From: an uncultured Eubacteriales bacterium
GTDB taxonomy: Bacteria; Bacillota; Clostridia; Oscillospirales; Acutalibacteraceae
Assembly: GCA_900317085.1 (NCBI GenBank)
Contig: ONFJ01000002.1
Coordinates: 6,818 to 70,817, forward strand
Reading direction: 5' to 3'
Length of the DNA: 64,000 bases
In this document: positions 26,965-37,186 of the stretch, one piece after another
Layout of the letters: each line of letters opens with the position of its first letter
Numbering within the stretch: position 1 is the stretch's first letter
Made by a program: the position numbers and the translations under genes
Notes under the pieces: generated by a model
What the model was told of the DNA's origin: nothing
Database searches by the model: none
The model's input: only the letters and a program-made list of their open reading frames with translations

Positions 26965-28587
26965 TCAAGCGCCGGCGTGTTCGTCGGTCAGGATGGCTTC
27001 CGCCACGCGGATGCCGTCGACGCCTGCGGAGACGATGCCGCCGGCGTAGCCGGCTCCCTCACCGCAGGGGTAGGTGCCGCCGAGGGGGTCGCCGTTCATG
27101 CTGCACTCATAGAAGTCGTCGCGGAGGAACCGGACGGGGGAGGAGCTGCGGGTCTCGGGGAATGTGAGGACCGCTTCCGGCATGGCAAAGCCCTTGAGCT
27201 TCTTGTCCATCATCAGGAGCGCTTCCGCCATGATGTCGGTGACGCTCTTCGGCAGGACTTCCCGGATGTCCGAGGGCGTGACGCCGGTGGGACAGCTCGG
27301 GTGGACGCCGCCCATTCTCACGGACTTGCGGTCTTTCAGGAAGTCCTCGACCAGCTGGGCCGGAGCAGTGTAGTCCTTACCGCCCAGTTCGAAGGCCTTC
27401 TGTTCCATCTGCCGCTGCAGGTCGAAGCCGGACAGCGGGTGCTCGTTCGGGAAGTGCTCCGGCTCGATGCCGACGAGGAGGGCGGAGTTGGAGTTCTCAC
27501 CGTCCCGGGCGTACTCGCTCATGCCGTTGACCACGATGCCGCCCTCTTCGGAGGCCGCGTTGACGACGGTGCCGCCGGGGCACATGCAGAACGTGTACAT
27601 GCCGCGACCGTGGGGCGGATGGCAGGCCATCTTGTAGTTGGCGGCGCCGAGGTTCGGGTGGCCGGCGGCTGCGCCGTACTGAGCCCGGTCGATGAACTCC
27701 CGGGGGTGCTCGATGCGGGCACCGACCGAGAAAGGTTTCTGCATCATCTGCACACCCTTGTTGTAGAGCATGGTGACGGTGTCCCGGGCGGAGTGGCCGA
27801 GGGCCAGGACCACGCAGTCGGTCTCGAGGTCGACGGAGGCGCCGGACTCTTCTTGGTACGTGACACCGTGGATGTACTTGTTCGCGATGATGAGGTCCGT
27901 CAGGGTGCAGCCGAAGCGTACATCACCACCGAGACGGATGATCTCTTTCCGGATGTTCTTGACCACTTCGACAAGGTTGTCCGTGCCGATGTGGGGGTAA
28001 TTCGTGTAGAGGATGGCCTCCGGCGCGCCGAAGCGGACGAAGTCCGTCATGATCTTGTTCTGACGGGGGTCCTTGATGCCGGTGGTCAGTTTGCCGTCCG
28101 AGAACGTGCCGGCGCCGCCTTCGCCGAACTGGATGTTCGACGTGGTGTTGAGCGTCCGGTTCTGCCAGAAGTCCTGCACGTCCTTCGTGCGGGTGTCGGC
28201 GTCGTGGCCGCGCTCGAGGACGATGGGTCTCAGGCCCGCTTCCGCCAGGGTCAGGGCGCAGAACATGCCCGCGGGGCCGAAGCCCACGACGACCGGCCGG
28301 AAGTCGGAATGCCGTTTGTTCTCGACGGGGACGTAGTGGTAGAAGACCGACTCCTGGACTTTCTTCTTGTCCGAGCGCTTCAGGATGCGCTTCTCGTCGG
28401 CGTTCACCTCCACGTCGATGGTGAAGACGAAGTGGACGTCCTCTTTCTTGCGGGAGTCCACGGACCGGCGGAACACCTTGAGGGAGGTGATGTCCGACGG
28501 CTGCACTTTCATGAACTTCGCCGCTTTTAATTTCAGGTCCTCCTCGGTGTAGTCGAGGGGGAGTTTGATCTCAGATATTCTCAGCAC
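26965..28587 (-). CDS. FAD-dependent oxidoreductase (COG2509-type NAD(FAD)-utilizing dehydrogenase)
   Basis: 540 aa. Dinucleotide-binding motif VVVGFGPAGMFCAL, then GEGGAGTFSDGKL. Typical family architecture. Confidence 0.8.
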   Translation of the reverse strand: MLRISEIKLPLDYTEEDLKLKAAKFMKVQPSDITSLKVFRRSVDSRKKEDVHFVFTIDVEVNADEKRILKRSDKKKVQESVFYHYVPVENKRHSDFRPVVVGFGPAGMFCALTLAEAGLRPIVLERGHDADTRTKDVQDFWQNRTLNTTSNIQFGEGGAGTFSDGKLTTGIKDPRQNKIMTDFVRFGAPEAILYTNYPHIGTDNLVEVVKNIRKEIIRLGGDVRFGCTLTDLIIANKYIHGVTYQEESGASVDLETDCVVLALGHSARDTVTMLYNKGVQMMQKPFSVGARIEHPREFIDRAQYGAAAGHPNLGAANYKMACHPPHGRGMYTFCMCPGGTVVNAASEEGGIVVNGMSEYARDGENSNSALLVGIEPEHFPNEHPLSGFDLQRQMEQKAFELGGKDYTAPAQLVEDFLKDRKSVRMGGVHPSCPTGVTPSDIREVLPKSVTDIMAEALLMMDKKLKGFAMPEAVLTFPETRSSSPVRFLRDDFYECSMNGDPLGGTYPCGEGAGYAGGIVSAGVDGIRVAEAILTDEHAGA

Positions 28588-29800
28588 GCTGTGCGATCTC
28601 CTTTGCTGCGAGGATGCCGGAGCCCCACGCGAAATGCAGGTTGTAGCCGCCGCAGGCTCCGTCGACGTTCAGCAGTTCGCCCGCGAACCAGAGGTTTTGG
28701 ACTTTGCTGCTCTCGAAGGTGCCTTCGACGAGTTCGTCCGCCGGTACGCCGCCGCGGGTGACCTGCGCATCTTTGAACGACTTCGTTCCCGTCACGGTCA
28801 GCCGGTACCCCTTGATGCCCTCCGCAAGGGAGGCGAGGCCCTGGGTGCCGAGGCGATGTACGGGCGTGTCCGCGTCCATGCCGAGCTCTCCGAGCAGGAA
28901 GCGCGCGAGCTTCTCCTGAAGGAGGCCGGTCAGCAGATGCAGGACCGGTTCGTCCGGCGAGCCGTGCATCATGCGGTCCTGCAGGTAGTCGAGGACGGCG
29001 AGGTCCGGCAGGTTCGGACAGAAGTCGAGGAGCGCCGTGAGGCGCTGTGTTTTGGTGAGTACGGCCGCGTCGCCGGACAGCTGGAACGCCGGGATGCCGG
29101 AGAGGCCGCTGTCGGTGAACTGCAGTTCGCCCTCCTCCTTGCCGATGAGTTGTTCGTTCCCGTCGAGGAGCGTGGCGCTGCCCCGAAAGCGCAGACCTTT
29201 GAGGGGCCGGATGCGGCCGTCGGTCTTCAGCGCGGTCAGAGCGGGGGAGATGGGCGCGTAGCGGATGCCCAGCTGTTTTAAGAGCGGGTAGCCGTCGCCG
29301 TCCGTCCCGTGGGCCGCGTCCGCCTTGCCGCCGAGGGAGAGGAGCACGAAGTCTCCGTGCAGGGTCCGCTCGCCGGACTTGTCCGTGACCGTGAACCCGG
29401 GGGCGATGGACCCCACCGCGAAGTCGGACTCGACGTTGATGCCGAGCCGCTCCACCTCTTCGAGCAGAACGTTCCGCACCGTCGCGGCGTTCATGGAAAG
29501 GGGATAGAGGCGGCCTTCCTCCTCGAGGGTCAGGAGGCCCAGGGAGTGGAAGAAGTCGAGGCAGTCTTCGGTCTGGAACCGGTTCAGGACGGTATAGATG
29601 AGGGAAGAGTCCCCGTGGTAACAGCTGACCGAGATGTCCGTGTTCGACAGGTTGCAGCGGCCGTTGCCGGTGGCCAGGATCTTGCGCCCGGGCTCCGCCA
29701 GCTTCTCGACCAGCACGACGTCCATCCGGGGACAGGACCGCTTCAGCGTGATCGCCGCCGCCAGGCCCGACGCACCCGCGCCAATAATGAGCGTTCTCAA
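28571..29800 (-). CDS. HI0933/BaiN-like flavoprotein (aminoacetone-oxidase-family FAD-binding enzyme)
   Basis: TTG at 29800, 6 nt after GAAGGAGGAA. N-terminus LRTLIIGAGASGLAAA; C-terminus FAGELLNVDGACGGYNL. Confidence 0.8.
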   Translation of the reverse strand: MRTLIIGAGASGLAAAITLKRSCPRMDVVLVEKLAEPGRKILATGNGRCNLSNTDISVSCYHGDSSLIYTVLNRFQTEDCLDFFHSLGLLTLEEEGRLYPLSMNAATVRNVLLEEVERLGINVESDFAVGSIAPGFTVTDKSGERTLHGDFVLLSLGGKADAAHGTDGDGYPLLKQLGIRYAPISPALTALKTDGRIRPLKGLRFRGSATLLDGNEQLIGKEEGELQFTDSGLSGIPAFQLSGDAAVLTKTQRLTALLDFCPNLPDLAVLDYLQDRMMHGSPDEPVLHLLTGLLQEKLARFLLGELGMDADTPVHRLGTQGLASLAEGIKGYRLTVTGTKSFKDAQVTRGGVPADELVEGTFESSKVQNLWFAGELLNVDGACGGYNLHFAWGSGILAAKEIAQRAENI

Positions 29801-30068
29801 ACGGGATTCCTCCTTCTGATATGGTTTGGGAAATTGTCTGGAAAAGCTTCGTCTCGCGGCGAAGGGTTCGCAGACTTGCGCTGCCTGTGGCAGATGAAGC
29901 AAGGCTGTCGAACTGGAAGAAACAAGGAGCGTCGCGAAGCGCTCCAAGCGAGCGAGGCGACTATGTTTCTGACCGTACGCGTTGCAAGGCTGTTCCTTTC
30001 TTTTTTAGACCTAACAAAGTATACTGGTTTTTCCATCAAAAGTAAATCGTCGGGGAGGCACGACTTTC

Positions 30069-30097
30069 GTTGACACTGAGGGCAAACAACCGTATAA
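30069..30097 (+). promoter_or_regulatory. Sigma-70-type promoter for alaS
   Basis: TTGACA(30069-30074), 17 nt, TATAAT(30092-30097). Confidence 0.7.
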
Positions 30098-30142
30098 TAT
30101 TTAGCCGTATTAGTATTTTTAATTATAAGGAGACACCCATTT

Positions 30143-32773
30143 ATGGAATGGACTGGTTTGAACGAACTGCGGGAAAGCTTCCTCCAGTTCTTTGAAAGTA
30201 AAGAGCACCTGCGGTTGCCGAGCTACTCTCTCGTGCCCGACGGAGACAAGAGCCTTCTGCTCATCAACTCCGGTATGGCGCCGATGAAGAAGTTCTTCAC
30301 GAGAGAAGTCACGCCGCCCCGCTACCGGGTGACCACCTGTCAGAAGTGCATTCGTACGCCGGACATCGACAACGTCGGTCATACCGCACGCCACGGCACC
30401 TACTTCGAGATGCTGGGCAACTTCTCCTTTGGCGACTACTTCAAGAATGACGCCATCCACTGGGCCTGGGAGTTCTTCACCGAAGTCCTCGAGATCCCGG
30501 CGGACAAGCTTTACTGCTCCGTCTACGAAGACGACGACGAGGCTTGGGACATCTGGACGAAGGACGTCGGTGTTCCGGAAGACCACATGGTCCGCCTCGG
30601 CAAGGAAGACAACTTCTGGGAGCACGGCTCCGGTCCCTGCGGCCCCTGCTCCGAGATCTACTATGACCGCGGAGAAAAGTACGGCTGCGGCAAGCCCACC
30701 TGCAAGGTCGGCTGCGACTGCGACCGTTACATGGAGGTCTGGAACCTCGTCTTCTCCCAGTTCAACAACGACGGCAACAACAATTACACGCCGCTCGAAC
30801 ACAAGAACATCGATACCGGTATGGGTCTCGAGCGTCTCGCCTGCGTCATGCAGGGCGTCGACAACCTCTTCGAGGTCGACACGGTCCAGAACATCATGAA
30901 GACCATCTCCGACCTCTCCGGTGTCCACTACCACGAGGATGAGAAGACCGACATCTCTCTCCGCGTCATCACGGACCACGCCCGCAGCATGACCTTCATG
31001 ATCGGCGACGGCATCAAGCCCTCCAACTCGGGTGCCGGTTACGTCCTTCGCCGCCTGATGCGCCGTGCCATGAGACAGGGCCGCGCCATCGGCATCGACG
31101 GTCCGTTCCTGACGGAAGTCGCCGAGATGGTCATCCACGAGAACGCCACCGCGTACCCGAACCTCGTCGAAAAACATGACTACATCATGAGCATCATCTC
31201 CGGTGAGGAGGCCACCTTCAACAAGACCCTCGACACCGGTTCCGAACAGCTCGAGAAGATGATCGCGAACGCAAAGGGCAAAGAGCTTCCGGCGGAAGAC
31301 GCCTTCAAGCTTTCCGACACCTTCGGGTTCCCGATCGAGCTGACCCGTGAGATCCTCGAAGAGCGCGGCATGACCGTCGATGAAGACAAGTTCCACGAGT
31401 ATGTCGCGGAGGCCCGTGCCCGTGCCAAGGCAGACGCTGCCGCCAAGGACGTCGCCGAAGCCTGGAAGGGCAAAGGGGACGCCACCAAGGACATCCCCGC
31501 CACCGAGTTCCTCGGCTACTCCGACTTCAACACGACCGCGAAGGTCCTGGCCGTCGTCAAGGACGGTGACCTCGCCGAGTCCGTCGAGACCGGAGAAGAC
31601 GCCATCCTCGTCCTGGACAAGACCACGTTCTACGCCCGCAGCGGTGGTCAGATCGGCGACGCCGGCACCATCGAGTGCGGCGGCTTCACGTTCCAGGTCG
31701 ACGACACCGTCAAGTCCGAGAACGGCGTTTATCTCCACAGCGGTACTGTTGTGGAAGGCATCGCCAAAGCCGGCGAAGAAGTCGAGGTCAAGATCGACGC
31801 CGACCGTCGCCGCTCCATCATGCGCAACCACACGGCAGCCCACCTGCTGCAGGCCGCTCTCCGGGAAGTCCTCGGCAGCCATGTCGAGCAGGCCGGTCAG
31901 CTGGTCAGCGACACCGTCTGCCGCTTCGACTTCAACCATCCGGCAGCCATGACCTCCGACGAACTGAAGGCGGTCGAGGCCAGAGTCAACGAAGTCATCC
32001 TTCAGAACATCCCCGTCGAGACGAAAGTCATGAGCATCGATGAGGCCAAGAACCTCGGCGCCATGATGCTCTTCGGCGAGAAATACGGCGAAACCGTCCG
32101 TGTCGTCTGCGTCGAGGACTTCTCCAAGGAGTTCTGCGGCGGCACCCACGTCCCGTCCACCGCTTCCCTCGGTCTGTTCAAGATCGTCTCCGAATCCTCT
32201 GTCGCTGCAGGCGTCCGAAGAATCGAAGCCGTCACCGGTACGAACCTTCTCCGGTACATCGAAGAGAAGGATGCGCTCATCGCCAAAGCTGCCGCGGCCA
32301 TGAAGTCCAACCAGAACGACATCGACCGCAAAGCCTCCCAGCTCATGGCGGAACTCAAGGCCTCCGAAAAGAAGGTCGAAGAGCTGGGCAAGGAGCTGGC
32401 TGCCAACGCCGCCAAAGACATGATGGGTGACGCCGTCGACCTCGGCTCCGTCAAACTCATCTGCTCCAAGGTGGAAGGCGTCCAGGGCGGCGAGCTTCGC
32501 AACATGGCAGACTCCGCCAAGGAGAGCGGTGCCGACCTCGTCGTCGTCTTCGCAACCGTCAACGGCGAAAAGTGCAACTTTGCCTGTGCCTGCGGCCCCG
32601 ACGCCGTGAAGGCCGGTGCCCATGCGGGCAACATCGTCCGCGAAGTCGCGAAAGTCGCCGGTGGTTCCGGCGGCGGCAAGCCGGACAGCGCCATGGCCGG
32701 CGGTAAAGATGTTTCCAAAGTCGATGACGCTCTGACCGCTGCCGCGGACATCGTCAAAGGCATGCTGAAATAA
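30143..32773 (+). CDS. alaS: Alanine--tRNA ligase
   Basis: 876 aa. Class II core, editing-domain HTAAHLL motif, C-terminal DHHA1 domain. Confidence 0.97.
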   Translation: MEWTGLNELRESFLQFFESKEHLRLPSYSLVPDGDKSLLLINSGMAPMKKFFTREVTPPRYRVTTCQKCIRTPDIDNVGHTARHGTYFEMLGNFSFGDYFKNDAIHWAWEFFTEVLEIPADKLYCSVYEDDDEAWDIWTKDVGVPEDHMVRLGKEDNFWEHGSGPCGPCSEIYYDRGEKYGCGKPTCKVGCDCDRYMEVWNLVFSQFNNDGNNNYTPLEHKNIDTGMGLERLACVMQGVDNLFEVDTVQNIMKTISDLSGVHYHEDEKTDISLRVITDHARSMTFMIGDGIKPSNSGAGYVLRRLMRRAMRQGRAIGIDGPFLTEVAEMVIHENATAYPNLVEKHDYIMSIISGEEATFNKTLDTGSEQLEKMIANAKGKELPAEDAFKLSDTFGFPIELTREILEERGMTVDEDKFHEYVAEARARAKADAAAKDVAEAWKGKGDATKDIPATEFLGYSDFNTTAKVLAVVKDGDLAESVETGEDAILVLDKTTFYARSGGQIGDAGTIECGGFTFQVDDTVKSENGVYLHSGTVVEGIAKAGEEVEVKIDADRRRSIMRNHTAAHLLQAALREVLGSHVEQAGQLVSDTVCRFDFNHPAAMTSDELKAVEARVNEVILQNIPVETKVMSIDEAKNLGAMMLFGEKYGETVRVVCVEDFSKEFCGGTHVPSTASLGLFKIVSESSVAAGVRRIEAVTGTNLLRYIEEKDALIAKAAAAMKSNQNDIDRKASQLMAELKASEKKVEELGKELAANAAKDMMGDAVDLGSVKLICSKVEGVQGGELRNMADSAKESGADLVVVFATVNGEKCNFACACGPDAVKAGAHAGNIVREVAKVAGGSGGGKPDSAMAGGKDVSKVDDALTAAADIVKGMLK

Positions 32774-32788
32774 GAAAGGAGTGCCACT

Positions 32789-33130
32789 ATGGCAGACTGC
32801 ATTTTCTGCAAGATCGCCGCGGGAGAGATCCCCAGCACCAAAGTGTACGAAGATGACCTGTGCCTCGCGTTCCGGGACCTCAACCCCCAGGCGCCGACCC
32901 ACATCCTGGTCATCCCGAAAGACCACATCCAGTCCGTCGATGAGATCGACGCATCCAACGAAGCGGTCGTCGGCCACATCTTCTCCGTCATTGCCAAAGT
33001 GGCAAAGGACGAGGGCCTCGACAAGGGTTACCGCGTCGTCTCCAACATCGGTGAACAGGGTCAGCAGACCGTACCGCACCTGCATTTCCACATCATCGGC
33101 GGTCGGGACATGACCTGGCCTCCGGGCTGA
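32789..33130 (+). CDS. HIT-family (histidine triad) nucleotide hydrolase
   Basis: CIFCKI and HLHFHIIGG motifs. Confidence 0.92.
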   Translation: MADCIFCKIAAGEIPSTKVYEDDLCLAFRDLNPQAPTHILVIPKDHIQSVDEIDASNEAVVGHIFSVIAKVAKDEGLDKGYRVVSNIGEQGQQTVPHLHFHIIGGRDMTWPPG

Positions 33131-33159
33131 GCCGGTCTCCAAAACCTCATAGACGACAA

Positions 33160-33191
33160 GCACTCGAAACGTCCTTCCGGGTGCTTTTTTG
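33160..33191 (+). terminator. Intrinsic terminator after the HIT gene
   Basis: Stem GCACTCG / CGGGTGC (one G-U pair) with an 11-nt loop, followed by TTTTTT. Confidence 0.55.
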
Positions 33192-33332
33192 TGGGCGATT
33201 TATGGGGCAGTTGACCGTTCGCCGGCCAAAAACGCGACCATAACGACCGTTCGCCCGCCGAAATCGACCGCTCACTCGGAACAACCCGTTTCGAGGGGGC
33301 GTTTTCTGGTATGGTGGAGCCGAGGTGATCAT

Positions 33333-35513
33333 ATGGAAAAACCCATGTTTTATTTCGGAAGCTGTTACCTGTGGACGCTCATGGTCCTGTCCCTGACCGG
33401 GATGGGCATGGCGGTCGGACTGATGGTGGCGACGGTGCCGGTCTGCATCTTTCTCATCGACCGGCTGCGCCGCCCGGTGCAGGGGAAACAGAAACTCAAA
33501 TTCTTCCTGGCGGCCGGGGCCATCGTGCTGGTGGCGTGCATCGCGTTCCTCCTGCAGACGATGCTCGTGTACCGCCCCGCCCTGTCCCATGCCGGGGAGG
33601 AGGTCAGCGACACGTTCCTCGTGACGGAAGTACTGAACGACAGCGCCTCCGGCGCGCACCGGTGTGTTGTGCTTGTGGAGGGCCGGGAGCCGGTGCGCCG
33701 CCTGCGACTGTCGTCGGACACTTATGAGCCCCGGGTGGGCGATGTGTTCCGCGGCACGCTGCAGCTGAAAGCCCTCGGCGAGCAGAACCCGGCGGTGGCC
33801 CGGTACTACAAGTCCCGGGGCCTGTACCTCGGGGCGACCAGCAGCGGGCGGATCGACGCCGACCCGCTGGATGAGACCGAGGCCCGGGGCGACGTGACGG
33901 TCCCGCCGGTCCGGCTCGCCTGGTGGACGCTGCGCATCCGACTCACGACACTCCGGGAGACCCTGACCGGCCGCATCGAAGAGTGGCTGCCGCCGGAGGA
34001 AGCCGGTGTGCTCGAAGGCATGCTGGTGGGGGACAAGACGGACATCGGGCCGGACACGAACACCGCGTTCCAGAGGGCCGGCGTCCTGCACCTGTTCGCG
34101 GTCTCCGGGTTCCATGTCTCTCTGTGGACGATGCTCGTCTACAAGATCCTCCTGCACTTCGGAGCGGGACGGAAGACGGCCTCCGGCGGCGCCATCCTGT
34201 TTCTCTTCCTCTTCGTGGCCCTCACCGGGTTCCCCCGGAGCGCGGTCCGCGCGGGCATCATGCTGGGCGTCTTCTTCCTGAGCCGCATGTTCGTCCGCTC
34301 GTCCGAGCCGCTGAACGCCCTCGGGGTGGCGGTGCTGGTCATCGTGCTGCCGAACCCGTTCTACGCGGGGGACACCGGTGTGCTTCTGTCCTATGCCGCC
34401 ACCCTCGGCATCCTGTCCTGGTACCCGTCGCTGTCGGGAGCGCTGCGGGAGTACCTGATGGAGCGGATCCACAACTACAAGCTGCGCAAACGCGTCGAGT
34501 CCCCGCTGGCCGTGCTCCTGGTTTCTCTCTGCAGTTTCGTGTTCACGCTTCCGGTCATGGTCCTGACCTTCGGCAACGTGTCTCTCGTCACACTCCTCAG
34601 CAACCTGCTGGTGTCGTCGGCCTCTTCCGCCGCCATCCTGCTGACCGGTCTCGGGTCCCTGGTGGCGCCGGTGCCGGGACTTTCGCTCCTGTGTCCCTGG
34701 TGCTTCCTCGGCGCCGGCGTGCTGGCCCGGTTCATGGTTTCCGCCTGCTCGGTCCTCGCCGGACTGCCGCTCAGCTACATCTCCCTGTCCGGGAGAGGCT
34801 TCGGCCTGGGCCTTGCCGGCGCTTTGCTGGTGGCGGTCGCCGGGTTCATCCTGTACGGGTCTCTGCAGGAGAGAGGACTCATCCGGGTGACCGCACTGCT
34901 GTCCGTCATCGTGCTCCTGGGGTCCGTCTTCACGGAGACCGCCCTGAACCGGAACGTGACCCAGGTCGTGTTCCCGGATGTGGAGGGGTCCTGCGCGGTG
35001 GTCATCCATCGCCACGGAGCGGCCATCATCGGCTGCGGCAGCGACGAGTACGGGACGGAACAGGCGCTGAAAGACCTCTTCCAGCGGGAAGGGGTGACGA
35101 AGGTCTCCGCGCTGGTCGTGCCCCGGGAGTCAAAGACGGAGGCCGGAGCGGTGAAAGCGGTCCGGGAGACCTTCGAGCCGGAGGTGTACCTGTCCCCGGA
35201 GACCTTCGCGGGGCCGGCGGAACAGGTCATCGACCTGTGGCCGGAGGTGACCCTCCACCTGTACCGGCAGGGGACCGATTATCCCGCCGCCCGGCTCGAA
35301 GTCCAGGGGGTGGACAGCCTCCTCCTGTTCCGTCCCACCGTGAAGACGGAAGCGCTGCCGCCGGAGGCCCGTTCCGCGGCGATCTGTTATCTTCGGGGAA
35401 AACGTTCGGAAGGTTTGAAGTTGCCGACATCTTCGTATATAATTGTATCCGGTGAATCGGGCGAAGTTGACGCCCGCGTCTCAAAGGGACGGTTCCGGCT
35501 CTACCGCCGGTGA
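33333..35513 (+). CDS. comEC: ComEC/Rec2-family membrane protein (DNA internalization-related), C-terminal MBL-like domain degenerate
   Basis: ATG at 33333. Polytopic competence domain (GVLHLFAVSGFHV). The C-terminal region lacks a recognisable HxHxDH motif. Confidence 0.85.
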   Translation: MEKPMFYFGSCYLWTLMVLSLTGMGMAVGLMVATVPVCIFLIDRLRRPVQGKQKLKFFLAAGAIVLVACIAFLLQTMLVYRPALSHAGEEVSDTFLVTEVLNDSASGAHRCVVLVEGREPVRRLRLSSDTYEPRVGDVFRGTLQLKALGEQNPAVARYYKSRGLYLGATSSGRIDADPLDETEARGDVTVPPVRLAWWTLRIRLTTLRETLTGRIEEWLPPEEAGVLEGMLVGDKTDIGPDTNTAFQRAGVLHLFAVSGFHVSLWTMLVYKILLHFGAGRKTASGGAILFLFLFVALTGFPRSAVRAGIMLGVFFLSRMFVRSSEPLNALGVAVLVIVLPNPFYAGDTGVLLSYAATLGILSWYPSLSGALREYLMERIHNYKLRKRVESPLAVLLVSLCSFVFTLPVMVLTFGNVSLVTLLSNLLVSSASSAAILLTGLGSLVAPVPGLSLLCPWCFLGAGVLARFMVSACSVLAGLPLSYISLSGRGFGLGLAGALLVAVAGFILYGSLQERGLIRVTALLSVIVLLGSVFTETALNRNVTQVVFPDVEGSCAVVIHRHGAAIIGCGSDEYGTEQALKDLFQREGVTKVSALVVPRESKTEAGAVKAVRETFEPEVYLSPETFAGPAEQVIDLWPEVTLHLYRQGTDYPAARLEVQGVDSLLLFRPTVKTEALPPEARSAAICYLRGKRSEGLKLPTSSYIIVSGESGEVDARVSKGRFRLYRR

Positions 35514-35533
35514 ATCGCCAGAACGTAAGGAGA

Positions 35534-36580
35534 ATGTCCTTGAAACTGAACGAAAAGACCCTGTGGAAGAACATCAAGTCACAGGAATTCCTGCCCGTTT
35601 ACCTCATCCGGGGGAACGAGCCCTACCTCAAACTCAAATATGCGAACCTTCTGGCTGACAGCGTCGTACCTGCCGGCCTGGAAGTGTTCAACTACCATAA
35701 ACTCGACGGCGAGAACGTGACCATGAACGAACTCGTGGAATGTGTGGAGGCCCTGCCCGCTATGTGTGAGCGCACCTGCGTCCTCGTCCACGACCTCGAC
35801 TTCGAGAAACTCGCCGACCCCGACCGCGATGCACTGGTCGACCTTCTGTCGGACGCCCCGGACACCTGCACGCTCATCTTCTGGCAGGACACCGTCGGGT
35901 TCCCCCAGAAGACCAAAAAGATGAAGGAGATGCTGGCGCTCATCGACGAAGTCGGTGCCGTCGCGGACCTCGATGCCCGCACCCGTCAGGATCTCATGAA
36001 GTTCGTCGTCTCCGAGTGCAAAAAGGCGGAGCGGGTCATCTCACCCTATACCGCGGAGTACCTTCTCGACAACGTCGGAGAAGACATGGGCAACCTCGTC
36101 ACAGAGGTCGAAAAGCTCTGCAACTACACCGACCGTGAGATCACCGAAGCGGACGTCGACGCGGTCTGCATCAAGTCTCTGGAAGCCACCGCGTTCCAGA
36201 TGATCGACGCCCTTCTCGACAACAACTTCGACCGCGTGTTCCAGGCTCTCAGCATCCTCTTCGACATGAAGACGGAGCCCATGATGATCCTCGGCGCGCT
36301 GGTCTCCACTTACTCCGACATGTACCGCGCGAAGGTCGTGGCCCACGAGGGCGGCCAGCAGCGGGACCTCAAGAAACTGTTCCCCCAGGCCTACAAGAGC
36401 GACTTCAAACTGAAGAACGCGTTCCGCCGGGCCGGACGGTTCTCCATGCCGGCACTCCGGAAGTCCCTCGAACTCCTCGCGGCGGCGGACACCAAACTCA
36501 AGAGCACGTCGGAGGACCACCGTACGGTCTTCGAGAAACTGATGATCGAGCTGGCGCTGGCCCGCCGGCAGAAGGCGTGA
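35534..36580 (+). CDS. holA: DNA polymerase III subunit delta
   Basis: N-terminus LPVYLIRGNEPYL and the position after comEC are typical. The start is uncertain (ATG 35534 or TTG 35540). Confidence 0.85.
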   Translation: MSLKLNEKTLWKNIKSQEFLPVYLIRGNEPYLKLKYANLLADSVVPAGLEVFNYHKLDGENVTMNELVECVEALPAMCERTCVLVHDLDFEKLADPDRDALVDLLSDAPDTCTLIFWQDTVGFPQKTKKMKEMLALIDEVGAVADLDARTRQDLMKFVVSECKKAERVISPYTAEYLLDNVGEDMGNLVTEVEKLCNYTDREITEADVDAVCIKSLEATAFQMIDALLDNNFDRVFQALSILFDMKTEPMMILGALVSTYSDMYRAKVVAHEGGQQRDLKKLFPQAYKSDFKLKNAFRRAGRFSMPALRKSLELLAAADTKLKSTSEDHRTVFEKLMIELALARRQKA

Positions 36581-36584
36581 GCCC

Positions 36585-37172
36585 ATGCTGAAGACCGACA
36601 AAGTCATCGTGGTGGAGGGCAAATATGACGCCATCCGCCTCGCCAATATCGTCGACGCCGCCATCCTTCGCACGGAAGGGTTCGGGGTGTTCAAAGACAA
36701 AGAGAAACAGGAGCTGCTCCGCACCCTCGGGGAAAAACGGGGACTGCTGGTCCTCACCGACGGGGACTCCGCGGGCATGCTCATCCGAAACTACATCCGC
36801 AACATCGTGCCGGCAGAGCAGATCACGGACGTCTATGTCCCGGACCTCTACGGCAAGGAGAAGCGGAAAGACAAGCCCTCGAAAGAGGGGAAACTCGGTG
36901 TGGAGGGCATCCCCGATGACATCCTCATCGAAGCGCTGAAGAAGGCCGGTGTGACCGAGGAGGGCGATGTACGTCCCGCCGTTTCGAACGAACGGCTCAT
37001 CACCCGCATGGACTTCTACCGGGACGGCCTCGCCGGAGGCCCGAACAGCAAAGCGAAACGGCTCGCCCTGCAAAGCGCGCTGGGCCTGCCGGAACGCATG
37101 ACCGGAAAACAACTGCTCCGGATCATCAACATGATGGTCTCCTATGACGAATACAGAGCCCTCGTCGACTGA
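36585..37172 (+). CDS. Toprim-domain protein, ribonuclease M5-like (DUF4093 C-terminus)
   Basis: VIVVEGKYDAIRL and LVLTDGDSAG are Toprim motifs. Confidence 0.6.
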   Translation: MLKTDKVIVVEGKYDAIRLANIVDAAILRTEGFGVFKDKEKQELLRTLGEKRGLLVLTDGDSAGMLIRNYIRNIVPAEQITDVYVPDLYGKEKRKDKPSKEGKLGVEGIPDDILIEALKKAGVTEEGDVRPAVSNERLITRMDFYRDGLAGGPNSKAKRLALQSALGLPERMTGKQLLRIINMMVSYDEYRALVD

Positions 37173-37186
37173 CTGGAGGTGGCCCG

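Noticed and set aside
30098-30142. Expected T-box leader upstream of alaS.
   Set aside because: The distance from the -10 element to the ATG is only about 45 nt, too short for a T-box. No specifier or T-box sequence was found.
30119-33163. 1014-aa minus-strand ORF.
   Set aside because: It is antisense to alaS and the HIT gene and shows the same GC-driven shadow-ORF composition.
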